Shown here piece after piece: positions 18,519 to 28,934 of a DNA stretch of 32,000 bases. A program made the position numbers and the translations under genes. The stretch comes from Vibrio vulnificus CMCP6 (lineage in GTDB: Bacteria > Pseudomonadota > Gammaproteobacteria > Enterobacterales > Vibrionaceae), in NCBI RefSeq assembly GCF_000039765.1, contig NC_004459.3, positions 510,001-542,000 on the forward strand, read 5' to 3'. Position 1 is the stretch's first letter. Every line of letters starts with the position of its first letter. The notes under the pieces were generated by a model. It was not told the origin of the DNA and did no database searches. It saw only the letters and a list, made by a program, of their open reading frames with translations.

Positions 18519-20258
18519 TTATCGAGCTTCGATGTGTTCAATCATCAATTGCAACGATTGATTGTTGCGAAACTCATTGATATCCAGTTTGTAGGCAAGG
18601 CGAACGGTTTTCACCGAGGCATCTGGCCAGCGACGTAAATCGACGTTGAAGGCGATCCCGTCAATCATGATGTTGGTTGGATGACCTTTGAATAGAGGCT
18701 CAAGCATCAATTTTAGATGTTTTTCGCCGACCAATTTCTGGTGTAGCACTTTAAATTCGCCATCAAAAATGGGCTCTGGAAATGCCTGCCCCCAAGGCCC
18801 CGCAGATCGCAGCAGCTCCGCAGTATGCATAGAAAACTCTTCAGGCTTGAGTTCGCCATCAGAAAGCACAATACCTTTCAGTGCGGCTTCATCCAATTCG
18901 CGTTTCACCAGTTGATCAAACAGCTGACTAAATCGTTCAAAATCGCACTCTTTGATGGTCAAGCCAGCCGCCATCGCATGACCACCAAATTTGAGGATCA
19001 AGCCGGGATTTTGTGTGTCAATCAAGTCCAGCGCATCGCGCATGTGTAGGCCAGGAATAGAGCGACAGGATCCTTTGATATACCCATCGCCACCATCGGC
19101 AAATGCAATCACCGGACGATGATATTTCTCTTTGATTCTCGACGCTAGAATGCCAATCACGCCCTGATGCCAATCACGCTGGAAAAGAGCCAAACCATAA
19201 GGCAACTCGCTGTTTTCGCCAAACTGCAGACGTTCACAAAACGCCATTGCCTCTTGCTTCATGCCCTCTTCAATTTCTTTACGAGTTTGATTGAGCCCGT
19301 CCAGTTCATGCGCCATACGACGCGCCGCGTGGATGTTGTTGCACATCAGCAATTCAACCCCAAACGACATGTCATCCAGACGCCCTGCGGCATTGATGCG
19401 CGGGCCCAGTGCAAAACCGAAATCTGCCGCCACCAAACGACGAGCATCGCGCTTGGCCACTTCAATCAAGGCTTGAATACCCGGACGCGCTTTCCCGGCG
19501 CGAATGCGCTGCAGGCCCTGGTGCACCAAAATGCGGTTGTTCTCATCCAGCGGAACAACATCCGCAACGGTGCCTAAGGCCACCAAATCCACCAGCTCCA
19601 TCAGCTTCGGCTCTGCCATACCTTGCTCGGCAAACCAACCGCATTTACGCATGTGGACACACAAGGCCATCATCAGATAAAAAGCCACGCCAACCCCAGC
19701 CAGTGCTTTGGAAGGAAAAGCGCAGGTCTGTAAGTTTGGATTGACCATCGCATCTACCTCAGGCAACACTTGCCCGGGCAAATGGTGATCGGTCACCAAC
19801 ACTTTTAAGCCATGCTCTTTGGCATAACGCACCCCTTCAATGGAGGAGACGCCGTTATCCACGGTCATGATCACTTCAGCGCCCAAGGCGATAGCCTGCT
19901 CGACCACTTCAGGGCTCAAACCATAGCCATCTTCAAAGCGGTTGGGCACTAAGTAGTCGACATTGTTGCTGCCAAGCATGCGCAGGGCAAGCACTGAGAG
20001 TGCCGAACTGGTCGCGCCATCGGCATCAAAATCCCCGACCACAATAATTCGCTTCTGCTCACGTATAGCCTCAAAAAGCAGCTCAACGGCAAGTTCAATT
20101 CCGTGCAGTTTTTGGTATGAATGCAACCCTTTGACGGCAGTTTCCAACTGGCTTATGTCTTGAATACCACGGTTGAGATAGATGCGTTTGAGGATATCCG
20201 GCACACTGTCGGGCAAGAGGGAAAGATCGGGTTCTGGTCGTCGTTGTATTTCTATCAT
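18519..20258 (-). CDS. recJ: Single-stranded-DNA-specific exonuclease RecJ
   Basis: KRIIVVGDFDADGATSSALSVLALR (DHH motif I), VMTVDNGVSSIEGV, VLVTDHHLPGQVLP, GPRINAAGRLDDM, KFGGHAMAAGLTI; 579 aa. Confidence 0.96.
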   Translation of the reverse strand: MIEIQRRPEPDLSLLPDSVPDILKRIYLNRGIQDISQLETAVKGLHSYQKLHGIELAVELLFEAIREQKRIIVVGDFDADGATSSALSVLALRMLGSNNVDYLVPNRFEDGYGLSPEVVEQAIALGAEVIMTVDNGVSSIEGVRYAKEHGLKVLVTDHHLPGQVLPEVDAMVNPNLQTCAFPSKALAGVGVAFYLMMALCVHMRKCGWFAEQGMAEPKLMELVDLVALGTVADVVPLDENNRILVHQGLQRIRAGKARPGIQALIEVAKRDARRLVAADFGFALGPRINAAGRLDDMSFGVELLMCNNIHAARRMAHELDGLNQTRKEIEEGMKQEAMAFCERLQFGENSELPYGLALFQRDWHQGVIGILASRIKEKYHRPVIAFADGGDGYIKGSCRSIPGLHMRDALDLIDTQNPGLILKFGGHAMAAGLTIKECDFERFSQLFDQLVKRELDEAALKGIVLSDGELKPEEFSMHTAELLRSAGPWGQAFPEPIFDGEFKVLHQKLVGEKHLKLMLEPLFKGHPTNIMIDGIAFNVDLRRWPDASVKTVRLAYKLDINEFRNNQSLQLMIEHIEAR

Positions 20259-20309
20259 TAATTGAATAGAGCCCGCGGGTCAGACGCGCAGGCTCTGCTC
20301 CTTGAAGGT

Positions 20310-21095
20310 TTATTGTTGCTGTAAGCGCTCTAGCAGTTTTTCTGGTGGCAAGTAACCAGCAACCAGTTCACCATTTGGCAAGAAAATTGCAGGCGTGCCT
20401 GTAATACCGAGTTGCTGACCAAGTTGGTAATGTTGAGCCACGGTCTGCTTGCACTGTTGTAAATCATTTTTCGCTGGGGCAAATTTGCGGTTCACTTTAG
20501 CATCATGCATCGCTTCTTGCGGATTAGCGGCACACCAGATGCCCGCCATTTGTTCTGCCACTGGGCCCGTGCCACCTTGGCGTGGGTATGCCATGTAACG
20601 CACGGTGATACCTAAGTCATTGTAGCCCTGCATCTGGCTGTGTAGACGAACGCAGTAACCACAAGTAATGTCGGTAAACACTGTCACCACGTATTTTTCA
20701 TCTTTGGCTTTGTACTCGATCGCGCTGTCAGCAAATTCGGCAATTTTCTTGGCGTTGAGCGGCGCTTGGCGTTCTGCAATCACATCCTTGTATTGACCAT
20801 TTTCGTCAATGGCATACAAGGTTCCTGCGATAAAGTGGCTACCGTCATTAGACGCAAATAACACCCCGCCACTGGTTTGAATTTCGACTAAACCAGCCAC
20901 ATCCGAAGGTTGAATATCCATGATGTTCAGGCCCAGCTTGGAAAAACGAGCTTTGAGAGCCTCGCTATCAAAATGCGTGCTCGCCGCCACTTGTGCCGCT
21001 GGCTGAGCTGTTTCGACAGCTTGGCTTTCTTCAGCACCGCAGGCCGTCACAAAGAGAGGAAGAGTTAAAAGAGTTAATCGGCGTAATACGCTCAT
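20310..21095 (-). CDS. dsbC: Thiol:disulfide interchange protein DsbC
   Basis: Signal peptide/lipobox-like N-terminus, DITCGYCVRLHSQM (CGYC active site), GITGTPAIFLPNGELVAGYLPPEKL. Confidence 0.93.
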   Translation of the reverse strand: MSVLRRLTLLTLPLFVTACGAEESQAVETAQPAAQVAASTHFDSEALKARFSKLGLNIMDIQPSDVAGLVEIQTSGGVLFASNDGSHFIAGTLYAIDENGQYKDVIAERQAPLNAKKIAEFADSAIEYKAKDEKYVVTVFTDITCGYCVRLHSQMQGYNDLGITVRYMAYPRQGGTGPVAEQMAGIWCAANPQEAMHDAKVNRKFAPAKNDLQQCKQTVAQHYQLGQQLGITGTPAIFLPNGELVAGYLPPEKLLERLQQQ

Positions 21096-21121
21096 TAAAA
21101 TCACCTTGTCGTTATTCCGCT

Positions 21122-22045
21122 TTAAGCACGCGGATGATGTTGGCTATGAATCTGTTTTAGTCGTTCTGTTGCCACGTGAGTATAAATTTGCGTGGTCGAT
21201 AAGTCACTATGACCAAGCAGCATCTGTACGACCCTGAGATCGGCCCCATAGTTCAATAAATGGGTGGCGAAAGCGTGCCTCAAAACGTGTGGTGACAAAT
21301 GATCAGTATCGATACCTGCAATCACCGCATAGAACTTGATGCGATGCCAAAAGGTTTGTCTGGTCATTTGTCTGGCACGCTTACTTGGAAACACCACATC
21401 CGAAGAGGTTTCACCCAATAACGCCGGACGACCTTGTTTGATAAAGGTTTCGATCCAGTCGATGGCATTTTCCCCCATGGGCACTAAGCGCTCTTTGCCA
21501 CCTTTACCCGTCACCCGCACCACACCTTGACGCAAGCTGATGTTTTCCATGGTTAAACTCACCAGCTCGGTAACACGCAATCCCGTGGCATACAGTAGCT
21601 CAAGCATGGCTTTGTCACGCAGTTCCACCGGATCATTCGGATCGGGCGCATCCAATAACGCATCGACCTGCTCTTCACTGATGTCTTTTGGCAAACGTTG
21701 CGGTAATTTAGGGCTGACCAATAGGGCACTAGGATCATCGGCGCGCACTTTTTCTCGATGAAGATATTGAAACAGACGACGAATCGCTGACAACATCCGT
21801 GCTCTTGAAGTCTGCTTGTAGTCTTGATCCACCAAATAGCTTTGGTATTGCTGAAGCCCAGACAGGCTGATGAAATCGAGCCGATAATGATTCGCCTCCA
21901 TCCACTGCAATAACTTCATCAGATCGTTGCGGTAAGAGGCCAACGTATTCTCTGCGAGGCCTCGCTCCATCCACATCGCATCGAGAAATTGCTCTACGTA
22001 GCCAAAATCTTGCATATTAACCGATGCCGTTTGTTGCATGGACAC
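21122..22045 (-). CDS. xerD: Site-specific tyrosine recombinase XerD
   Basis: ARMLSAIRRLFQYLHREKVRADDPSALLVSPKLPQRLPKDISEEQVDALLDAP...LLYATGLRVTELVSLTMENISLRQGVVRVTGKGGKERLVPMG...SPHVLRHAFATHLLNYGADLRVVQMLLGHSDLSTTQIYTHVATERLK. Confidence 0.96.
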   Translation of the reverse strand: MSMQQTASVNMQDFGYVEQFLDAMWMERGLAENTLASYRNDLMKLLQWMEANHYRLDFISLSGLQQYQSYLVDQDYKQTSRARMLSAIRRLFQYLHREKVRADDPSALLVSPKLPQRLPKDISEEQVDALLDAPDPNDPVELRDKAMLELLYATGLRVTELVSLTMENISLRQGVVRVTGKGGKERLVPMGENAIDWIETFIKQGRPALLGETSSDVVFPSKRARQMTRQTFWHRIKFYAVIAGIDTDHLSPHVLRHAFATHLLNYGADLRVVQMLLGHSDLSTTQIYTHVATERLKQIHSQHHPRA

Positions 22046-22198
22046 ACCTTAAATCACTGTAAATCAACAGTGCTGAGAGTAAGACAGCCACAGATTTAAT
22101 GCTATAAAAAATCCATTCGGACGCGATATTCGCTGCAATCCTCCGCAGAATCGAGGTAGAATTCGCCATCGCATGGCAAAACAGTACTGATAACGCAG

Positions 22199-22717
22199 AT
22201 GAAAATCGGACTTTTTTACGGCTCAACCACCTGTTACACCGAAATGGCGGCAGAAAAAATGCGCGCCATTTTGGGGGATGACTTGGTTGAGATCCATAAT
22301 GTCAAAGAGTGCGACCTCGCACAAATGGCAGACTATGACCTGCTGCTTCTTGGCATTTCCACTTGGGATTTTGGCGAAATTCAAGAAGATTGGGCTGCCA
22401 TTTGGCACGATCTCGCCTCCTCACCAGTGCAAGGTAAAACCATCGCACTTTTCGGTCTTGGTGACCAAGAAGGTTATGGTGAATGGTATCTCGACGCGAT
22501 GGGATTGCTGCACGATGAGCTTAAAGCGGTAGGTGCGGAGTTCATCGGCTATTGGCCAAATCAAGGCTACCAGTTTGAAGCCTCCAAAGCCCTCACTGAA
22601 GATGGCAGCCACTTTGTTGGCTTGGCGCTCGATGAAGATTCCCAATACGAATTGAGCGACGAGCGCATTGAAACTTGGATTGAGCAAGTTCTAACGGAAT
22701 TTCACGACAAGCTGTAA
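22199..22717 (+). CDS. fldB: Flavodoxin FldB
   Basis: [65 protein letters not shown]: FMN P-loop, FldB-like. Confidence 0.93.
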   Translation: MKIGLFYGSTTCYTEMAAEKMRAILGDDLVEIHNVKECDLAQMADYDLLLLGISTWDFGEIQEDWAAIWHDLASSPVQGKTIALFGLGDQEGYGEWYLDAMGLLHDELKAVGAEFIGYWPNQGYQFEASKALTEDGSHFVGLALDEDSQYELSDERIETWIEQVLTEFHDKL

Positions 22718-22768
22718 CGCTTAAGGCGAATTTTCTGAATCTCGCCGGTTTGTGAATCAGAAGTCAGC

Positions 22769-22800
22769 AAAAAGCCCGTCACATTGGACGGGCTTTTTAT
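22769..22800. terminator. Terminator shared by convergent fldB and brnQ
   Basis: aaaaagcccgtcacattggacgggctttttat hairpin with A and T tracts on both sides. Confidence 0.85.
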
Positions 22801-22828
22801 TGTCTTACGTTTTCTTAAAGTGCTGCGA

Positions 22829-24142
22829 TTAAGCGGCTTCTTCAGCCAGTTCTTGACGAACAGAGCGGCTGACAAAGAACATACACACAATCGCCGTCAT
22901 GGTTGGTAGCAACCACGCCATGCCCACTTCAAATAGCGGCAGTACTTTGAATGCAGACACATCCACGCCCGCCACTTTTGCTGCATCAATCAAGGCAAAC
23001 AGCAGTGAAACAAGGATAACCACGCGGTACGCCACTTGTGGGTTTGGCAATTTCTTACGCACGAAAGTCAGTGCCACCAACGCAATGGCCACTGGGTATA
23101 GTGCAAACAGGACCGGCACAGACAGAGCGATAAGCTGTGCAAGACCAACATTCGCCACCACAGCACAAGCAACGCCATTGATCACAACCCACGCTTTGTA
23201 TGAAAGCGGAGTCAGTGAGCTGAAGTAATCTGAACACGCTGAGATCAGACCAATCGCAGTGGTTAAACAGGCAAGCAGTACAATTACAGACAACACGATT
23301 TGACCATAAGGACCAAACAGCGCTTGAACGTATAGGCTGAGAACCACGCCACCGTTGTCTGCACCAGAGGCCACCGCCGCGCTCGTTGCGCCAAGGTAGA
23401 ACAATGAGATGTAAACAAATGCCAGACCGGCTGCAGCAATGAAACCTGCGTAAATCAGGTATTTAGTCGTTGCAGAACGCTCCGTAATACCACGGCTGCG
23501 CAGCGCATCAACGATCAGCATACCGAACATCAGTGAACCAAACGTATCCATGGTGTTGTAACCTTCAAGGAAACCTTTGGTGAGTGGCTGTGTTAGATAC
23601 TCACCTTGCGCAGCAAGCATTTCGCCCTGAGGATCAATAAATACCGCAAGCGCCAAAATAATCAGACCAACAAACAACGCCGGTGTTAATACCTTACCAA
23701 TGATGTCAATCAGTTTGCCTTGCGACCAAGAAAAGAACATCGCCACCGCAAAGAAAAGGATCGAGAAAATGGTCAAATGCGACTGAAGCGCATCAACAAA
23801 GAAAGGCTTCACCGCCATTTCGTAGGCTACTAGGCCAGTACGTGGCGCGGCAAACGCAGGACCGATGATGATAAAAATCAATACCGCCATCAATGTTGCT
23901 GCTTGTTTAGGAAGATCTTTGGTTAAGTGATCCCAAGATCCACCAGCAACGGCAATGGCAATAATGGTGATCAAAGGAAGACCTACTGCCGTCACAAGGA
24001 AGCCTGACATCGCAGGGAACAGATGCTCACCCGCAAGTTGACCTGCTAGAGGAGGGAAAATAATGTTGCCCGCTCCCAAGAAAAACGCAAACAGCATAAA
24101 GCCGACTGCGATAATATCGGTTAGTTTTAAAGTCTGATTCAC
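22829..24142 (-). CDS. brnQ: Branched-chain amino acid transport system II carrier protein
   Basis: MNQTLKLTDIIAVGFMLFAFFLGAGNIIFPPLAGQLAGEHLFPAMSGFLVTAVGLPLITIIAIA: LIVCS/BrnQ family. Confidence 0.95.
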   Translation of the reverse strand: MNQTLKLTDIIAVGFMLFAFFLGAGNIIFPPLAGQLAGEHLFPAMSGFLVTAVGLPLITIIAIAVAGGSWDHLTKDLPKQAATLMAVLIFIIIGPAFAAPRTGLVAYEMAVKPFFVDALQSHLTIFSILFFAVAMFFSWSQGKLIDIIGKVLTPALFVGLIILALAVFIDPQGEMLAAQGEYLTQPLTKGFLEGYNTMDTFGSLMFGMLIVDALRSRGITERSATTKYLIYAGFIAAAGLAFVYISLFYLGATSAAVASGADNGGVVLSLYVQALFGPYGQIVLSVIVLLACLTTAIGLISACSDYFSSLTPLSYKAWVVINGVACAVVANVGLAQLIALSVPVLFALYPVAIALVALTFVRKKLPNPQVAYRVVILVSLLFALIDAAKVAGVDVSAFKVLPLFEVGMAWLLPTMTAIVCMFFVSRSVRQELAEEAA

Positions 24143-24450
24143 AGATAACCCTTAGAATAATTCTGAATGATGTTGTGTATGCATTCGCCGCTCTTGCGAC
24201 CGACGATTGTGCTAATTTTAGGGGCGCATAATGACGAAATGACCACCAATTGGCAACCTTTAAGCCCGAAAACACTATATTAATTTATATAAGTGACAAT
24301 ATCACAGTGAATGTGACTGAGATCTAATTTGTATTTAGACAGATAACCTACACAATGCCGCATCAAAGCGATAACAGATAGAGAAATAATTCAAACAAAT
24401 CCTTAACAATGGTTTTTCTATCTAGAAATAGAGAAAATGAAGAGATAAAC

Positions 24451-25170
24451 ATGAAGAGTGGCACATTAAAAACTAAAGGGTTCAAATTTAAACAGTTTTC
24501 AATCGCCAGCAGCAACTCAGGTATGCCTGTCAGTACTGATGGTGTATTACTTGGTGCTTGGGCCGACTTCCATCACTGCCAAAACCTACTCGATATTGGT
24601 ACAGGGACAGGATTGCTTAGCTTGATGTGCGCTCAGCGATACGTACATCTTTCGATCACAGCCGTCGATATTGACGCGCATGCCATGGAAGCCGCACAAG
24701 AAAACTTCAGCCACAGCCCTTGGCACTCAAGGCTTCAGTTGCAACACGGTGACGTACTCAAGCTCAATTTTACACATCGTTTTGATGGCATTATTTGTAA
24801 CCCGCCTTATTTTAATAGCGGCGAACAAGCCCAAGCGACGCAGCGCGCTACCGCCAGACACACCGATACTCTGGCCCACGATGCGCTGTTATTACGCTGC
24901 AGAGAATTACTCACCCCGAATGGCAAAGCCAACTTTGTGTTGCCACTGACCGAGGGAGAACAATTTCTGCAACTCGCTCAACAGCAAGGTTGGCACCTGC
25001 ACCGGCTATGTCGTGTCAAGCCTAGTCCGAATAAGCCTGTTCATCGCTTACTGTTTGAACTCGGTTTATCCACGGCTACAACGAGTGAAGAGCATCTCAC
25101 GATCAACGATGGATCGACCTACAGCGCAGCCTTTGTCAAACTGTGCCAGGATTTTTATCTCAAGATGTAG
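24451..25170 (+). CDS. trmN6: tRNA1(Val) (adenine(37)-N6)-methyltransferase, TrmN6/YfiC
   Basis: GFKFKQFSIASSNSGMPVSTDGVLLGAWADF...LLDIGTGTGLLSLMCAQR...GIICNPPYFNSGEQAQATQRATARHTDTLAHDALL: SAM motif I and NPPY N6-MTase motif. Confidence 0.93.
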   Translation: MKSGTLKTKGFKFKQFSIASSNSGMPVSTDGVLLGAWADFHHCQNLLDIGTGTGLLSLMCAQRYVHLSITAVDIDAHAMEAAQENFSHSPWHSRLQLQHGDVLKLNFTHRFDGIICNPPYFNSGEQAQATQRATARHTDTLAHDALLLRCRELLTPNGKANFVLPLTEGEQFLQLAQQQGWHLHRLCRVKPSPNKPVHRLLFELGLSTATTSEEHLTINDGSTYSAAFVKLCQDFYLKM

Positions 25171-25278
25171 AAATAACGTGTGATCAAAATCACCGAACAC
25201 TCTATAATATTCGCCCTTTTAAACTATTGCTGCCCATTGAACTTTGTATCTCAGGGCATTGCTTGTGGAGAACACGCT

Positions 25279-26505
25279 GTGATCAGAACCTTTGCCGATC
25301 TTGATCTTGACCCAAACTTGCTGGCTGCCATCGAAGAGATGGGCTACGAGCGTCCAACTCAAATTCAGGCAGAAGCAATTCCACAAGCCCTAGAAGGCCG
25401 TGATATTCTTGCTTCCGCTCCGACAGGAACCGGAAAAACCGCCGCATTTGTCTTGCCTGCGCTGCAATACTTGCAAGATTTTCCACGCCGTAAACCAGGA
25501 CCAGCACGCGTTCTTATCCTCACGCCAACCCGTGAGCTAGCGATGCAAGTGGCCGATCAAGCTCGTGCGCTTGCCAAAAATACCAGTTTGAACATTTTCA
25601 CCATCACAGGTGGTGTTCAATACCAAGAACATGCGGATATCCTTGCGACCACGCAAGATATCGTGGTAGCGACACCGGGCCGCTTGATGGAATACATCCA
25701 AGCAGAGCGCTTTGATTGCCGCGCGATCGAATGGCTGATCCTCGATGAAGCAGACCGCATGCTTGACATGGGCTTTGCTCCGACAGTGGATCGCCTATCT
25801 AACGAATGTCGTTGGCGCAAACAGACCATGCTCTTCTCTGCAACGCTAGAAGGCAAAGGGGTGGAAGGTTTTACCGCGGATCTGCTGAACGATCCTGCGG
25901 ACATTGATGCTGAGCCTTCGCGCCGCGAGCGTAAAAAAATCACCCAGTGGTATTACCGTGCAGATAACATGGAGCACAAGCTCGCGCTACTGAAAGACAT
26001 CATCAACAACCAAGCGGAACGTACGATTGTTTTCCTCAAAACACGTGAACGTCTGGCGGATCTACGTGCTCACCTCGAAAGCGAACAAGTCAATTGCGCT
26101 TGGATTCAAGGTGAAATGCCGCAAGATCGTCGTAACAACGCGATTGCTCGCTTCCGTGATGGCAGTGTGAATGTACTACTTGCAACCGATGTCGCAGCTC
26201 GTGGTATCGACTTGCCTGACGTGTCACACGTTGTAAACTTCGACATGCCACGCAGTGCCGATGTTTACCTTCACCGCATCGGTCGTACCGCTCGCGCAGG
26301 TAAGAAAGGCAACGCAATCTCTATTGTAGAAGCCCACGACCAACCAATGATGGATCGCGTTGCTCGCTATGTGAAAGAGGATATTAAAGAGCGCTTTGTC
26401 AAAGAGCTTCGCCCTCAACACAAGAAGCCGGTGTTTAAGAAGAAAAAGAAAAAAGACGATAAAAAAACGTCAGTGAAAAAGAAAAGCACCAAAAAGAAAA
26501 AGTAA
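25279..26505 (+). CDS. srmB: ATP-dependent RNA helicase SrmB (DEAD-box), likely GTG start
   Basis: (M)IRTFADLDLDPNLLAAIEEMGYERPTQIQAEAIPQALEGRDILASAPTGTGKTAAF...ILDEADRMLDMG...SATLEG...RGIDLPDVSHVVNFD...HRIGRTARAG, with a Lys-rich tail; start placed at 25279. Confidence 0.94.
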   Translation: MIRTFADLDLDPNLLAAIEEMGYERPTQIQAEAIPQALEGRDILASAPTGTGKTAAFVLPALQYLQDFPRRKPGPARVLILTPTRELAMQVADQARALAKNTSLNIFTITGGVQYQEHADILATTQDIVVATPGRLMEYIQAERFDCRAIEWLILDEADRMLDMGFAPTVDRLSNECRWRKQTMLFSATLEGKGVEGFTADLLNDPADIDAEPSRRERKKITQWYYRADNMEHKLALLKDIINNQAERTIVFLKTRERLADLRAHLESEQVNCAWIQGEMPQDRRNNAIARFRDGSVNVLLATDVAARGIDLPDVSHVVNFDMPRSADVYLHRIGRTARAGKKGNAISIVEAHDQPMMDRVARYVKEDIKERFVKELRPQHKKPVFKKKKKKDDKKTSVKKKSTKKKK

Positions 26506-26520
26506 TGGTTCGATAACGTA

Positions 26521-26550
26521 AAAGGGTTGGCACTGTGCCAACCCTTTCTG
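26521..26550. terminator. Terminator between convergent srmB and yaaA
   Basis: AAAGGGTTGGCA-ctg-TGCCAACCCTTT: 12 bp perfect stem. Confidence 0.8.
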
Positions 26551-26577
26551 TTTTCAGACCTTAACTAAAACCAAATC

Positions 26578-27354
26578 TCAGTGTTGCTCTTCGCGCTTAA
26601 ACACCAATTCTGTCGGGGTCGACTCTTCTTCGACGAAGTAGTAACCCGCACTGTCAAATTGAGTTAAATCCGCCACACTCGAAATACGATTTTCAATGAT
26701 GTAGCGCGCCATCATGCCTCGCGCCTTTTTAGCAAAAAAGCTAATGACCTTGTATTGACCGTTCTTCGCATCTTTAAAAATCGGCGTGATCACTTGCGCG
26801 TCCAAGGCTTTCGGTTTCACCGCTTTAAAATACTCATTGGACGCCAGATTGATCAACACGTTATCACCTTGAGCCACAATCGCCTCATTAAGTTTCTCAG
26901 TGATCACATTGCCCCAAAACTGATAAAGATTACTGCCTTTGGGGTTGGCCAATTTTGTGCCCATCTCCAAGCGATAGGGTTGCATCAGATCCAGTGGCTT
27001 TAATAGCCCATACAGCCCAGATAGCATACGCAAATGTTTTTGCGCGTAATCAAAATCGTCATCGTTGAGCGTTTCCGCTTCAAGCCCTGTGTACACATCA
27101 CCTTTAAAAGCCAGAATCGCTTGGCGCGCGTTATCTGGAGTGAATTCTTCGCTCCACTCTTGGAAGCGACCCACATTGAGATCGGCGATTTTATCACTCA
27201 CTTTCATCAACGAAGCCACATCCGCAGGCGTCAACTGGCGGCAAACTTCAATCAACTGTTTTGAGTAATCCACGAGCTCTGGCTGAGTGAACTTGTGGGT
27301 CACGAGTGGTGATTCGTAGTCCAGCGTTTTAGCTGGTGAAACAACGATAAGCAT
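26578..27354 (-). CDS. yaaA: Peroxide stress protein YaaA (DUF328)
   Basis: [43 protein letters not shown]...[25 protein letters not shown]...[11 protein letters not shown]: YaaA. Confidence 0.94.
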   Translation of the reverse strand: MLIVVSPAKTLDYESPLVTHKFTQPELVDYSKQLIEVCRQLTPADVASLMKVSDKIADLNVGRFQEWSEEFTPDNARQAILAFKGDVYTGLEAETLNDDDFDYAQKHLRMLSGLYGLLKPLDLMQPYRLEMGTKLANPKGSNLYQFWGNVITEKLNEAIVAQGDNVLINLASNEYFKAVKPKALDAQVITPIFKDAKNGQYKVISFFAKKARGMMARYIIENRISSVADLTQFDSAGYYFVEEESTPTELVFKREEQH

Positions 27355-27392
27355 GACGATTCTTTCCCTTATTTTCTTTTTGTCTAGGGTAC

Positions 27393-27426
27393 AAAAAAAG
27401 CCGTGCATTGTCTGCACGGCTTTTCG
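27393..27426 (-). terminator. Terminator downstream of the alanine/sodium symporter gene
   Basis: aaaaaaagccgtgcattgtctgcacggcttttcg; the minus strand ends in a T7 run. Confidence 0.85.
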
Positions 27427-27458
27427 AATCACAGTGATAGAAAATCTCGATTTCTACC

Positions 27459-28934
27459 TTAGTCTTTCTTGTTGTTGTCCCAAATGCCTTCTTCCAGTTG
27501 AGATTTCAGCTCAGGAAAATCATCGGCATTAAAGGTTGGCAACTTACCCGCTTGTAACTGACGGTTGTAGTCTTTTGCCAGTTTAATCACGATACCAGAT
27601 AGCAGCAGGATCGCGACTAAGTTCACAATGGCCATCAGACCCATCGATACGTCAGCCAGAGCCCATACCACTGGAAGTGGCGCAATCGCACCAAAGCCCA
27701 CAAGACCAAGCACGACCAAACGGAAAACATTTAAGCCAGCTTTGTGGTTGTGCTCCAAGAAGACCAAGTTGGTTTCTGCATAAGAGTAGTTAGCAATGAT
27801 GGAGGTGAACGCGAAGAAGAAGATCGCGACCGCGACAAAAATGCTACCCCAGCTACCCACTTGCGAGCTTAACGCTAACTGAGTCAATTCAATGCCCGTG
27901 ATCTCACCATGCGGCACGTACTCGCCCGACATCAAAATAATTGCAACGGTCGCTGAACAGATCACAATAGTATCCATGAAAACGCCCAGCATTTGCACGT
28001 ACCCCTGAGAAGCTGGGTGTGGAGGATATGGCGTTGCTGACGCCGCAGCGTTTGGCGCGGAACCCATACCGGCTTCGTTCGAGAACAGGCCACGTTTGAT
28101 ACCATTAATCATCGCTTGTGCAATCGCGTAGCCCAAACCACCCGCAGCCGCTTCTTGCAAGCCAAAAGCGCTCTTGAAGATCAGCATGAGTACGTCAGGT
28201 AGTTTCTCCAAGTTAGAGAGCATCACAAACAGCGCTAAAGCAAGGTAAGCCAATGCCATCACTGGAACGATAAGCTCAGCAGTACGCGCGATACGTTTGA
28301 TACCACCAAAGATAATCACACCAGACAGCACCACAATCACAACGCCTACGTAGGCATTTTCCCAACCAAAGGCATTTTGCATTGCGTTGGCGATCGAGTT
28401 GGCTTGCACCGCGTTAAACACCAGACCAAAAGCAATGATAAGGAAGATGGAGAACAGCACCCCCATCCAACGCATACCAAGGCCTTTTTCCATGTAGTAA
28501 GCAGGACCACCACGATAGTTGCCATCGTCATCTTTGGTTTTGTAGAGCTGAGCTAGCGTACTTTCAGCAAATGATGTCGCCATACCCAACATGGCGATGA
28601 GCCACATCCAGAAAATCGCACCAGGGCCACCGGCGGTCAGCGCAACAGCCACACCGGCCATGTTACCAGTGCCTACACGTGCAGCAAGGCTGGTACAAAG
28701 CGCTTGAAAGGAGGAGATACCAGCGTTGTCCGATTTACGGCTGTTTTTTAGAACAGAAAACATGTGGCCGAAATGGCGGAACTGAATGAAGCCGAGTCGA
28801 ACCGTGAAATAAATTCCCACACCGACAAGCAAATAAACAAGAATGGAACCCCAAAGCAGGTCATTCATTAGATTGATCAAGTCTGTCATAGTTACCTCAA
28901 ATTGAGTTTGCGCCAGTCTGTGCTTCCGAGCCAT
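27459..28934 (-). CDS. Alanine/glycine:Na+ symporter family (AGCS) protein
   Basis: FQALCTSLAARVGTGNMAGVAVALTAGGPGAIFWMWLIAMLGMATSFAESTLAQLYK...GGPAYYMEKGLGMRWMG...GLFSNEAGMGSAPNAAA: AGCS signature. Confidence 0.93.
   Translation of the reverse strand: MARKHRLAQTQFEVTMTDLINLMNDLLWGSILVYLLVGVGIYFTVRLGFIQFRHFGHMFSVLKNSRKSDNAGISSFQALCTSLAARVGTGNMAGVAVALTAGGPGAIFWMWLIAMLGMATSFAESTLAQLYKTKDDDGNYRGGPAYYMEKGLGMRWMGVLFSIFLIIAFGLVFNAVQANSIANAMQNAFGWENAYVGVVIVVLSGVIIFGGIKRIARTAELIVPVMALAYLALALFVMLSNLEKLPDVLMLIFKSAFGLQEAAAGGLGYAIAQAMINGIKRGLFSNEAGMGSAPNAAASATPYPPHPASQGYVQMLGVFMDTIVICSATVAIILMSGEYVPHGEITGIELTQLALSSQVGSWGSIFVAVAIFFFAFTSIIANYSYAETNLVFLEHNHKAGLNVFRLVVLGLVGFGAIAPLPVVWALADVSMGLMAIVNLVAILLLSGIVIKLAKDYNRQLQAGKLPTFNADDFPELKSQLEEGIWDNNKKD

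Noticed and set aside
24302-24316. Inverted TCACA-gtgaa-TGTGA sequence upstream of trmN6, considered as a CRP site.
   Set aside because: The half-sites are in the opposite orientation and spacing to the CRP consensus TGTGA-N6-TCACA.
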